A stretch of 59,861 nt of DNA from Candidatus Daviesbacteria bacterium (GTDB taxonomy: Bacteria > Patescibacteriota > Microgenomatia > Daviesbacterales > UBA10151), in contig JACPKP010000001.1 in NCBI GenBank assembly GCA_016186955.1, positions 1-59,861 on the forward strand. The letters are read 5' to 3'. Positions 41,721 through 50,136 of this stretch are shown one piece after another. The position numbers were made by a program, and so were the translations under genes. The notes beneath the pieces are model-generated. The model worked only from the letters and a program-made list of their open reading frames with translations, was not told where the DNA came from and did not search any database. Position 1 is the first letter of the stretch; the number at the start of each line of letters is the position of its first letter.

Positions 41721-41748
41721 ATTATACCACATTTTAATCTGTTGTCAA
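41721..41748 (-). promoter_or_regulatory. near-consensus extended -10 promoter immediately after the sigma-factor stop codon
   Basis: Minus strand: TTGACA (41748-41743), 16-nt spacer ending in TGG, TATAAT (41726-41721). Confidence 0.55.
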
Positions 41749-41760
41749 CTATAGGATTAA

Positions 41761-43554
41761 TTAATTTGCAGATAGCATCCGTTTTAGTTTATCCAGTCCT
41801 TGTTGTTCTGCCCTATGGATTGACTTCTGGCTGGATTGCAATGCTTTACTTATTTCTAAATATGTCCAAGGCCGGTTTCCTGTATAACCGTACCTTAATT
41901 TGAATATCTCATTTTCTTGTTCAGTCAGGCCTGCCTTATTCAACATTTCCAGGAAGTGACTATCCTCATTGCCCTCTTCTTCCCCTGAAAGCCTACAATC
42001 CACCTCATATTCAAAATTTTCCGGATCAGCTATCAGATCCGCTATTGTCAATCCGTCTTCATTCAAAGGTTTAGATAGAGGGAGGTAATGATAGATTATT
42101 GCTTGGGTTGATCTAACCTTGCTTACTCTCCAGCTTAAAGTTTTAGCAAGCTCCTCATCTGTAGCTTCCCTGCTGAGTTGTCCTAATAATTCATCTTTAC
42201 ATCTGTTTAAAAAAACTATGTTTTGGTTAATATTAGTGGGGATTCTAATAGTTCTGGCTTGATTTGAAATAGTTCTTGTTATAGCTTGTCTGATCCACCA
42301 GGAAGCATAAGTGGAAAATTGATAGCCTTTCTCAGTATCAAATCTTTCCATTGCTTTCAACAGCCCAATGCAGCCTTCTTGGGTTAGATCCAACAGCTGC
42401 ATATTATTGTTAGCATGTTTTTGGGCAATTGATAACACTAATTTAAGGTTTCTCTTTACTATCTGATCTGTAGCGCCTTGTATTTTTAAGGCCTTATTTC
42501 TAAAATGCCGATATTCCGGGCTTGAAGAGGGATATTTTGACATCTGCTGTTTAGCCAGAATACCGTCCTGGTAGGTTTTAATCAAACTAATCGTTTGTTT
42601 GTAGGATAAAAGAGGTATATTTTTAATCTCATCCATATAAATATCATAAGCATCTATACTTGGCTCAGATTCATTTTTAGGCAAAATTCTTAAATCATAA
42701 TTGTCTTTTTGCCGGTTAGTTATAGTTCCGCCCGAAGATATAATTTTTTGATGCATTAAAGATTTTAGGTATCTTCCCTGGCACTGTTTTGAACACCAAG
42801 TTTGAGGTTGTTTATAACCGTTCTTTTTAATAAGAATTTCTCCACAATATAAACAATCATCCCTTTGGTGGGTTAATCTTCCCAAAGCTACCAGATCAGG
42901 ATGTAAGTTTTTGCCATGCCATGTTGGCGCTAAAGGTGTTTTGCCATCCCATTCAACCACCCAAATCCCTTTAATTTTGGCAGCCCTGATCCCTTTCAAT
43001 TTTCCCAGCCTTATATAGCGGTGTAAAGTTTTTTCAGCAATTCCACTTTTCTCAACAAGCTCTTTTATGGTGAATGTATTTGCAGGATTAAAATCTTTTC
43101 CATCAGTTTCAAAACTAGGAGTTTTTGAATGATTGATTCTTTGTTGGTTTAATTTTTTTACATACTGACCCCTGCATTTAGTTGAACAATACAGTTGTCT
43201 TACTTGCCCTCTTTTTTTAGGCATGTGTTGGTTACAGTTTAAGCAATAAAATTCTTGGTTTATTTTAGTTACTCCAAGGGCTTCCTGAAGTAGGTGTTTA
43301 CCATTCCACGAAGGCAATAATGAAGTTTTACCATCCCAATCTATTGCCCAATACCTTCCCTGTCTGGCTATTTTGACTCCCTCCAGCTTACCAAGGTTTA
43401 CATATTCACAAAGCCTTCTTGGAGGGATACCTATTTTTCTTGCAAGTTCGGCTACTGTATATCTGCCGGGCATATCCAAGACTTTTACGCCCGGTAATAT
43501 ATCTTGATTTGATTTTTGTGTAATTTGTCTATTTTCCTGCAACAGCTCCGTCAT
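41761..43554 (-). CDS. RpoD-like sigma-70 factor with duplicated HTH/zinc-ribbon N-terminal modules
   Basis: C-terminal regions 2-4: DLTQEGCIGLLKAMERFDTEKGYQFSTYASWWIRQAITR, TIRIPTN, LTEQENEIFKLRYG...ISKALQSSQKSIHRAEQQGLDKLK. The N-terminal 270 aa hold two ~105-aa repeats. Confidence 0.85.
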   Translation of the reverse strand: MTELLQENRQITQKSNQDILPGVKVLDMPGRYTVAELARKIGIPPRRLCEYVNLGKLEGVKIARQGRYWAIDWDGKTSLLPSWNGKHLLQEALGVTKINQEFYCLNCNQHMPKKRGQVRQLYCSTKCRGQYVKKLNQQRINHSKTPSFETDGKDFNPANTFTIKELVEKSGIAEKTLHRYIRLGKLKGIRAAKIKGIWVVEWDGKTPLAPTWHGKNLHPDLVALGRLTHQRDDCLYCGEILIKKNGYKQPQTWCSKQCQGRYLKSLMHQKIISSGGTITNRQKDNYDLRILPKNESEPSIDAYDIYMDEIKNIPLLSYKQTISLIKTYQDGILAKQQMSKYPSSSPEYRHFRNKALKIQGATDQIVKRNLKLVLSIAQKHANNNMQLLDLTQEGCIGLLKAMERFDTEKGYQFSTYASWWIRQAITRTISNQARTIRIPTNINQNIVFLNRCKDELLGQLSREATDEELAKTLSWRVSKVRSTQAIIYHYLPLSKPLNEDGLTIADLIADPENFEYEVDCRLSGEEEGNEDSHFLEMLNKAGLTEQENEIFKLRYGYTGNRPWTYLEISKALQSSQKSIHRAEQQGLDKLKRMLSAN

Positions 43555-43638
43555 TGTATTATCCTATAGCCATTTTGTGTATTTTAAACTCAAAAAGGTG
43601 ACTTGTCAACTGCTTATGGTATTGTATAATCATTTTTG

Positions 43639-44346
43639 ATGATCCAAACTGCAATTATCCTCGCAGGCGGAAAAGGGGAGAGATTGAGGCCCTATACTGA
43701 TGACAAGCCTAAAGTTATGGTTGAAATAGCAGGTAAGCCAATCCTGCTTTGGCAAATTAATTGGTTAAAATCCCACGGTATATGCAAATTTATCATAACC
43801 CTTAGTTATAAGTATGAGGTGGTTCAGGATTTTTTTAGGAGCGGTAAAAAATTTGGGATTGAGATTGATTACTCAATAGAGGAGCAGCCTTTAGGCAGGG
43901 GCGGAGCAATTAAAAAGGCCTTTGGCAGCCCTCTTGCCAAAAACGAGGAAAATGTTGTGGTTACAAACGGTGACATTATCACCAAAATGAATCTTTTAAA
44001 AATGATGAATTTCCACGAAAAAAACCAGGCGTTGGTGACGCAACTGGTCATACCGTATCTCTCAAGATGGGGGATAGTGGAAATTGACCCTGATGACCAT
44101 GTTACAGGTTTTAAAGAAAAACCCCAGCTGCCGTATTGGATTAACGGGGGAATCTATGTTTTTAACAAAGATACCGAGCCGCTTTTACCGAAAAAGGGAG
44201 ATCACGAACAAAAGACTTTTCCTAAGCTGAAAAAAGAAAGATATTTTGCATTTAAAGATATGGGGTTTTGGCGGGCAGTTGATGTGGTCAAAGACAAAAC
44301 TGAAGCGGAAGAATTTCTGTTGAAAGGTAAATCAAAATTAAGTTAA
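43639..44346 (+). CDS. sugar-1-phosphate nucleotidyltransferase family protein
   Basis: AIILAGGKGERLRPYTDDKPKVMVEIAGKPIL is the NTP-transferase signature. 235 aa, with TTG at 43636 just upstream of the ATG. Confidence 0.8.
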   Translation: MIQTAIILAGGKGERLRPYTDDKPKVMVEIAGKPILLWQINWLKSHGICKFIITLSYKYEVVQDFFRSGKKFGIEIDYSIEEQPLGRGGAIKKAFGSPLAKNEENVVVTNGDIITKMNLLKMMNFHEKNQALVTQLVIPYLSRWGIVEIDPDDHVTGFKEKPQLPYWINGGIYVFNKDTEPLLPKKGDHEQKTFPKLKKERYFAFKDMGFWRAVDVVKDKTEAEEFLLKGKSKLS

Positions 44347-44350
44347 AAAA

Positions 44351-44381
44351 AGGGCGCCTGGGATTTCTCCCGAAGCGCCCT
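44351..44381. terminator. bidirectional hairpin terminator between convergent genes
   Basis: AAAAAAA-AGGGCGCCTGGGA-TTTC-TCCCGAAGCGCCCT-GTTT. The GC-rich stem has one internal bulge. Confidence 0.6.
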
Positions 44382-44419
44382 GTTTATTCACAAACTGTGA
44401 GGTTGGTTTGGCCCGCAGG

Positions 44420-45061
44420 CTACAAGTTCTCCGCCAGCGGGACCACAATGTCCATGTAGAGTAAGGTCGGCACCTTGAATGCACTTTTCAGGGTGAACTC
44501 AAAAGCCATTCCCTTTATCCACTTACGGATGATGTAGCCCAGCAGTGCAATGCTGAGCGTCCAGTCCCATGGGGTGAGCGGCCAGGTTGAGCCCCTTAGG
44601 TTTAGACCTGCCAAAATCGCCAGGATTGCCCAGCTCACTGACAGCAGCCAGGGCCACTGTATCCTGGGGACAGTAGTCCAGAATCCCACTGTCAGGACTA
44701 GAGTAGTAAGCCCGGCCAGGGTGAGTACCCTGACCAGGTTGGTGTGTTCAGCAATAGCCACAGCCAGCGGCGCTGCCATCATTCCTGCTGATGCGGCAGT
44801 AAACAGCAGACCAAAAAACAGGCTGATGCTGCTTGTCGGTCTGAGACCTGAACCTTCATACGACGAAATGAAACCCATTAATAGGAGTATTGCTCCTAGG
44901 ACTTCAGCCCCTATAATTAAGCCAGGTTCCAAGCTGGCACTAACACTGATGTTCGAAAAAAAGATGACTCCGGCTGCAAGAAGCAGCCAAGAGCCTGTCA
45001 AAAGCCTCACCCAAAGGACATAGATGCTGTCCCTCAGGATTTTCTTTTCTGGCGTCTCCAC
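44420..45061 (-). CDS. polytopic membrane protein in a visibly GC-rich segment
   Basis: 213-aa ORF with GTG start, preceded by a strong AAGGAGGAAAG SD. About 6 hydrophobic helices. The antisense ORF 44550..45023 is Arg/Ser/Pro-rich and is treated as spurious. Confidence 0.65.
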   Translation of the reverse strand: METPEKKILRDSIYVLWVRLLTGSWLLLAAGVIFFSNISVSASLEPGLIIGAEVLGAILLLMGFISSYEGSGLRPTSSISLFFGLLFTAASAGMMAAPLAVAIAEHTNLVRVLTLAGLTTLVLTVGFWTTVPRIQWPWLLSVSWAILAILAGLNLRGSTWPLTPWDWTLSIALLGYIIRKWIKGMAFEFTLKSAFKVPTLLYMDIVVPLAENL

Positions 45062-45244
45062 CTTTCCTCCTTGTTCCGTTTACACTTGCAAGGCGTCCCC
45101 TTGCGAGGCTAAATCTCCTTTCACAGTTTGTAAATGTGCTGTTGCATATTAGACAAGCAGCCAACCTCAAACGGTTAGCGCTGGCCTTAATTGCACCGGT
45201 AATCTTAACATAATACCTGTTTTAAGTCAAACTATAAGTTGGTT

Positions 45245-45991
45245 TTAGTTACCTTTGGTTTTAGGAGAAGCAGATGGTGTAGCGGATTTTTCTTTGCCTG
45301 CTTTCATGGTATTTGGGGGGATTTGGTAAATTAATCTGGCGCGGAGCACTCCCTCATTTGTTGCACCCAGCGCCACCAATAGGTTATTTATGCTGATATC
45401 TGCCATAGTGATCTCGTCAGCGTCCCTGCGGAGGGCTGTTTGGTTGTTTAATCCAATATTGGTTTGTTCACCTGTTTTATTTTTTAGGGTTATACTGGAT
45501 GGAGTAACAGATATTACCTTGCCCCAAACTATCATCAGTGTGTTTTTCTCAGGGAGAGTTGATTTAATAATTTTTTTGGCTATCAGCGCCTGTTTATCAT
45601 CCACATCACCAAGTACCAATATATAGTCATCAACTGCAAAGTCCTTTAAACTGATCTTACTTTTTCTGACGCCTTTTTTTGAAACTATATTATTTTGGTA
45701 GAGTGTATACTCATTTGTGGTGGCAGTTTTTGTGCCATTTTTTGTGTTGATGGTAATTCTATTTTCATCAAGGCCGGTTATCTGGCCGGTCATCAGCTTG
45801 TTTGTTAATTTTTTATTAAGATCAAGTTTTAAGGAGGCTGCTTTTGAGGCGATCTCTTTTTTCAGTGTATTAAGCTTTTCCAAAAGCGATGCTGAAGCAG
45901 TGGCCGGTTCTAGAGCAAAGATGGTGGAAAATGAAAAATGAAAGATGAAAAGCAATAGCAAGAAAGCAATTAAAAAATTTGAAATTTTCAT
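45245..45991 (-). CDS. secreted protein with repeated beta-rich (DUF5666-like) segments
   Basis: 248-aa ORF with a signal-like N-terminus (..FSFSTIFA/LEP). Two similar segments (GQITGLDENRITINTKNG.. and GKVISVTPSSITLKNKTG..). Confidence 0.6.
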   Translation of the reverse strand: MKISNFLIAFLLLLFIFHFSFSTIFALEPATASASLLEKLNTLKKEIASKAASLKLDLNKKLTNKLMTGQITGLDENRITINTKNGTKTATTNEYTLYQNNIVSKKGVRKSKISLKDFAVDDYILVLGDVDDKQALIAKKIIKSTLPEKNTLMIVWGKVISVTPSSITLKNKTGEQTNIGLNNQTALRRDADEITMADISINNLLVALGATNEGVLRARLIYQIPPNTMKAGKEKSATPSASPKTKGN

Positions 45992-46443
45992 TACAGTTTC
46001 TCCTCGGAATAATATATAGTCCTCACCTCTGTTTTGCTATTGCCTGATGGATCAAACGCAGTAATTGTCAGGGTATTTAAACCACCAGTAAGGTCAATGA
46101 CTTTGGAAAATTCACCCTTGTTGTTGGCCTGAAGTCCGGTACCGTTGTCATTTACTGAAATGATGACCGTCGAATTAGGCGCTGTTTTCCCGGAAACCGA
46201 GATGGTGTTTTCAAAAATGACAATATCATCATCAGGGTTGTTTATTTCCAGGTTGAAACTTACAGGAAGAGTTGTCACAGGGCCTTGCAGGGCCCACTTT
46301 GTTTGGGCGGGATTTTTTTGGCAGCACGGCAGTTTTCCGTCATTTAGGATAAGGTGCATCCCTCCTAAAAAGGCCAGGCCGGCAATAAATATAATTGTAT
46401 GGGAGATTAGGAATTGTTTGGCGGACAACTGTCTGTTTGTCAT
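45991..46443 (-). CDS. membrane-anchored protein with Ig-like domain
   Basis: 150-aa ORF with an N-terminal anchor. The beta-rich ISVSGKTAPNSTVIISVNDNGTGLQANNKGEFSKVIDLTGGLNTLTITAFD is typical of bacterial Ig-like repeats. Confidence 0.6.
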   Translation of the reverse strand: MTNRQLSAKQFLISHTIIFIAGLAFLGGMHLILNDGKLPCCQKNPAQTKWALQGPVTTLPVSFNLEINNPDDDIVIFENTISVSGKTAPNSTVIISVNDNGTGLQANNKGEFSKVIDLTGGLNTLTITAFDPSGNSKTEVRTIYYSEEKL

Positions 46444-46517
46444 TACTTGTTATGTTAATTATACTAAAAGATATCTTGTTACTTTAGCAAGACCTATGCT
46501 AGTATAATCTGAGATTT

Positions 46518-47156
46518 ATGGATATATACTGGTATGGACAGGCTTGTTTCAAAATTAAGGGTAAAAATGCAACAATTTTTATTGACCCTTTTAAACCTGA
46601 TTTTACCGGGCTTAAACTTCCGAAAGATATGGAGGCAGACATTGCACTTTCAACACATGACCATGATGACCATAATAACCTCGAAGCTGTATTATCAAAC
46701 CCTGTAAAAATAAGCGGCCCCGGAGAATATGAAGCTAAAGGTGTTTCTATAATTGGGATTCAAGTGGCCCATGATGGGACAGGCGGTTTGGACCGGGGAA
46801 AAAACACTGTTTATAATATCATGGTTGATGGCCTAAATATTGTCCACCTGGGTGATTTGGGCCATAAGCTGAGCGAAGATCAGGTACAGGAAATAGGCTC
46901 AACAGATATATTAATGGCGCCGGTAGGAGGTATATATACAGTAGGTGCAAAAGAAGCAGAAGAGATTATTGTCCAGCTTGAACCGAAGATTATTATCCCG
47001 ATGCATTATTTGATACCGGGTTTGAAGTTTGAATTGGAAGGGGTAGAACATTTTCTTAAAGACATGGGGGAGGGTTCTGAGCCTTTGCCCAAGCTCTCTA
47101 TTACTAAAGATAAACTTCCAGAAGAACCAAAAGTGGTAGTCTTAAATAAAAGTTGA
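46518..47156 (+). CDS. metallo-beta-lactamase-fold hydrolase (UPF0173-like)
   Basis: MDIYWYGQACFKIKGKNATIFIDPF, LSTHDHDDHNN, HLGDLGH. 212 aa. Confidence 0.75.
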   Translation: MDIYWYGQACFKIKGKNATIFIDPFKPDFTGLKLPKDMEADIALSTHDHDDHNNLEAVLSNPVKISGPGEYEAKGVSIIGIQVAHDGTGGLDRGKNTVYNIMVDGLNIVHLGDLGHKLSEDQVQEIGSTDILMAPVGGIYTVGAKEAEEIIVQLEPKIIIPMHYLIPGLKFELEGVEHFLKDMGEGSEPLPKLSITKDKLPEEPKVVVLNKS

Positions 47157-47203
47157 AGAATAATTCAAATTTGATTTTTGACCTTTGAATTTTGATTTAA
47201 TTT

Positions 47204-48607
47204 ATGGCAGGAATTCCGGCAAAAGGCCAAATCTCCAATTTTAACAGTGTGCCACAAGCCTATACTAATCTTGTGACTAAACTGCCTCCACAAAATATTG
47301 AAGCTGAACAATCCCTTTTGGGGGCGCTTCTTATTGATAAAGATGCTGTGGTCAATATTGTGGAAACCCTGCGGCCAGACCATTTTTATAAATCCGAACA
47401 ACACGGCCAGATCTTTAATGCCATAATAGAGCTGTTTGAAAAAAGGGAACCTGTTGACCTGATTACTGTTACAGAAAGGCTCAAACAAAACGGGGCGCTG
47501 GACTTTGTGGGCGGTTCTGCTTATTTAGCTGAATTGGTCAATATGGTTCCGACTGCCGCCCATGTGCAGTCTTATGCCAGGATTATTAAGGAACATGCCT
47601 TAAGGCGTTCTCTGATCAGACACTCCACTAAATTTATTGATGGCGCTTATGATGAGGGTAGGGATATCAATGAGGTGATGGAATCTTGTGAGCAGGCGAT
47701 CTTCTCACTGGCCCAGCAGCATATCAAAAGGGATTTTATCCAGCTGAAGGATGCTTTAGCTGAGAGTTTTGACAGGCTTGATGATATCCAGAAATCCTCA
47801 GGCAAACTGCGCGGTGTGCCGACAGGTTTTAAGGATTTGGACAATAAATTGGCAGGTCTTCAGGATTCCAACCTGATTATATTTGCGGCACGCCCGGGTC
47901 AGGGTAAGACCAGCTTTGTGTTAAATGTGGCCCAATATGTAGCGGTAAATACCAATTTGCCGGTGGGGATTTTCTCGCTGGAGATGAGCCAGGAAGAACT
48001 TGTGGATAGGTTACTGGTTAACCAGGCGGATATTGATGCATGGAAACTGAAGACAGGCAGGTTGGATGAAAAGGATTTTGACAGGCTTTCGCATGCCATG
48101 GGCCAGCTGGCAGAAGCCCCGCTTTTTATAGATGATACCCCGGGGTCATCCATCTCTGAAATAAGGACCAAAGCGCGCAGGCTTCAGGCAGAGCATGGGT
48201 TAAGGTTGGTGATAGTTGATTACCTGCAGCTTATCCATGGCAGGAATTTAGATAACAGGGTACAGGAGGTGTCGGAAATTTCCCAGGGATTAAAGAATTT
48301 AGCAAGGGAACTTAAGGTGCCTGTTTTGGCTGTTTCCCAGCTTTCCAGGGCAGTTGAATCACGGGGGACCCGCCGGCCCCAGCTGGCAGATCTTCGGGAC
48401 TCAGGTGCGATAGAGCAGGATGCGGATGTAGTGATGTTTATCTGGCGTGAGGATCCTGAAAAAATGGAACAGGTGAAACTGGATGTGCAAAAACACCGGA
48501 ATGGTCCGACAGGGGATATAGATATGATATTCAGGCCGGATCGGGTCAAATTTTACGGGATGGAAAAAACCCGAAAAACTATTGTTAAAGAAGAACCTGC
48601 AAAATGA
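47204..48607 (+). CDS. dnaB: replicative DNA helicase DnaB
   Basis: PPQNIEAEQSLLGALL, Walker A AARPGQGKTSF, FSLEMS, VDYLQL, LSQLSRAVE, IEQDADVV. 467 aa with no intein-sized insertion. Confidence 0.95.
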   Translation: MAGIPAKGQISNFNSVPQAYTNLVTKLPPQNIEAEQSLLGALLIDKDAVVNIVETLRPDHFYKSEQHGQIFNAIIELFEKREPVDLITVTERLKQNGALDFVGGSAYLAELVNMVPTAAHVQSYARIIKEHALRRSLIRHSTKFIDGAYDEGRDINEVMESCEQAIFSLAQQHIKRDFIQLKDALAESFDRLDDIQKSSGKLRGVPTGFKDLDNKLAGLQDSNLIIFAARPGQGKTSFVLNVAQYVAVNTNLPVGIFSLEMSQEELVDRLLVNQADIDAWKLKTGRLDEKDFDRLSHAMGQLAEAPLFIDDTPGSSISEIRTKARRLQAEHGLRLVIVDYLQLIHGRNLDNRVQEVSEISQGLKNLARELKVPVLAVSQLSRAVESRGTRRPQLADLRDSGAIEQDADVVMFIWREDPEKMEQVKLDVQKHRNGPTGDIDMIFRPDRVKFYGMEKTRKTIVKEEPAK

Positions 48608-48616
48608 TAATTTTTC

Positions 48617-49012
48617 CTACTTCCAACTTATAAATAACAAGTATCCCCAATTTTTATGAACTTCACAATTTCCGCAACTATCACACCTCTGTATACCTGG
48701 ATTCAGCCCTTTTTGTTCAAAATAGTCATAAAGTTTACTGGCAAGACCCCTTAATTGAGTAGGTTCTACAAAATATGGATTTTCGGGATTTACCTCATAA
48801 TCATCTCTATCTAGAGATCCTATTAATACCGCGTTACCACCTTCTATAGCTGAAGCTTTGGTCCGTATCCAGGCATCTTTTAAAAACTCCTTTAAGAATT
48901 TTTCCCCGTCCTCATTTTGTAAGGCCATTAGGGTATTGCGATGGATTAAGGCTTGTTCGTAGTTTTTGACTCCATTTTGAGTTAATGCACGTAATTTTTC
49001 AACACTAAACAT
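48617..49012 (-). CDS. hypothetical protein
   Basis: 131-aa ORF, soluble, with a CDSCGNCE cluster near the C-terminus. GGAGG lies 6-7 nt upstream of the ATG. Confidence 0.55.
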   Translation of the reverse strand: MFSVEKLRALTQNGVKNYEQALIHRNTLMALQNEDGEKFLKEFLKDAWIRTKASAIEGGNAVLIGSLDRDDYEVNPENPYFVEPTQLRGLASKLYDYFEQKGLNPGIQRCDSCGNCEVHKNWGYLLFISWK

Positions 49013-49024
49013 AATCTCACCTCC

Positions 49025-49420
49025 TTATTTTAAAGCATGGGCAACAACTGGGATTTGTTCCACTCTTTTAAGCCTTTTATCAACATTTTCCAACTCCTCG
49101 TTACTATTATCAACATATTCAAGTATCCCATCCGCCTTTTCGTCTAATAAATCTAACTTTCTATAAACATTCTTAAAATGGTATTGGACAACTTCTTTAA
49201 CATGATTTAAGTCTTCTTTGACACCCTGGAGATCTTCCTTGACACCTTGGAGATCTTCCTTTGTTGCCAACCCCACCAAGTCTTCCTTTGTTGCCAACCC
49301 CACCAAGTCTTCCTTTGTTGCCAACCCCACCAAGTCTTCCTTTGTTGCCAACCCCACCAAGTCTTCCTTTATTGGGAAAACCTTGAGCATTTTTGTAATA
49401 ATATCATCATCAGCAACCAT
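49025..49420 (-). CDS. coiled-coil protein with KEDL tandem repeats (DUF1640-like)
   Basis: The ATG at 49420 gives MVADDDIITKML; the maximal ORF opens at TTG 49450. It has four KEDLVGLAT units and two KEDLQGV units, followed by a coiled-coil tail. Confidence 0.65.
   Translation of the reverse strand: MVADDDIITKMLKVFPIKEDLVGLATKEDLVGLATKEDLVGLATKEDLVGLATKEDLQGVKEDLQGVKEDLNHVKEVVQYHFKNVYRKLDLLDEKADGILEYVDNSNEELENVDKRLKRVEQIPVVAHALK
49218..49367. repeat. coding tandem repeats: 2 x 21 bp followed by 4 x 27 bp
   Basis: TTGACACC(C/T)TGGAGATCTTCC x2 (49218-49259), then TTTGTTGCCAACCCCACCAAGTCTTCC x4, identical copies (49260-49367). Confidence 0.95.
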
Positions 49421-49500
49421 CTTATTCCATACTCTACCACAAATTCTCAAAATTTTTCAACAGTTTACATTTACACCTTTGTTTTGTAAACTCCTATTGA

Positions 49501-50130
49501 ATGGAAAGAGATAAAAGAAGAACAATTGGTGTAGACAAAGATGATGTGTTAGTGGATTTAAATACATCCCTACAGAGATTCCATAATGAGCAGTATGGTA
49601 CAAGCTTTGTGTTGGATGATGTCTACTCCTTTAACTTATGGGAGATTTGGCAGTGTAGCTATGAAGAAGCAGTTGGAAGGGTAATTGCTTATTATAAATC
49701 AGGAGAGATGAAACGGGTTTTGCCAATGGAAGGTGCAGTAGAGGCAATGGAGATATTAAAACAAAAGTTTGATTTAGTAATCATTACTTCAAGACCGAAA
49801 GAATTTACTGCCGAAACATTATACACTACTGAAAAATATTTTCCGGATTGCTTTTCAGCCATCTATCACACAAATTTATTGGTAGCAGACTGGAAGACTA
49901 AGAGAAAAAAATCAGAGATTTGTTTGGAGCAGGGTGTGGATACTTTAATTGATGATTCATTGGATAATGTGAGGGATTGTGCATTGGTTGGGATCAAGAC
50001 GCTGCTTTACCGACGTCCCTGGAACTTATCAGCCCCTGATGAGCTGCTCATGCAGGAGGGGATAATGCCTGTCAAATCCTGGCAGGAGATAGTAGACTGT
50101 TTACTTTCCAAAGGTTTTTTTGTAAATTGA
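49501..50130 (+). CDS. HAD-superfamily 5'(3')-deoxyribonucleotidase-like protein
   Basis: IGVDKDDVLVDL is a DxDxV/T-type HAD motif I. VIITSRP is motif II-like and LIDDSLDN is motif IV-like. 209 aa. Confidence 0.55.
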   Translation: MERDKRRTIGVDKDDVLVDLNTSLQRFHNEQYGTSFVLDDVYSFNLWEIWQCSYEEAVGRVIAYYKSGEMKRVLPMEGAVEAMEILKQKFDLVIITSRPKEFTAETLYTTEKYFPDCFSAIYHTNLLVADWKTKRKKSEICLEQGVDTLIDDSLDNVRDCALVGIKTLLYRRPWNLSAPDELLMQEGIMPVKSWQEIVDCLLSKGFFVN

Positions 50131-50136
50131 TTTTGC

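Noticed and set aside
41658-41903. 81-aa plus-strand ORF spanning the sigma-factor 3' end and the leader region.
   Set aside because: It overlaps the well-supported sigma-factor CDS in antisense and runs through the promoter/leader region. No SD or homology support.
44550-45023. 157-aa plus-strand ORF.
   Set aside because: It is antisense to the membrane-protein gene in a GC-rich segment. The Arg/Ser/Pro/Thr-rich composition is typical of a spurious shadow ORF. The minus-strand frame has a strong SD and coherent TM helices.
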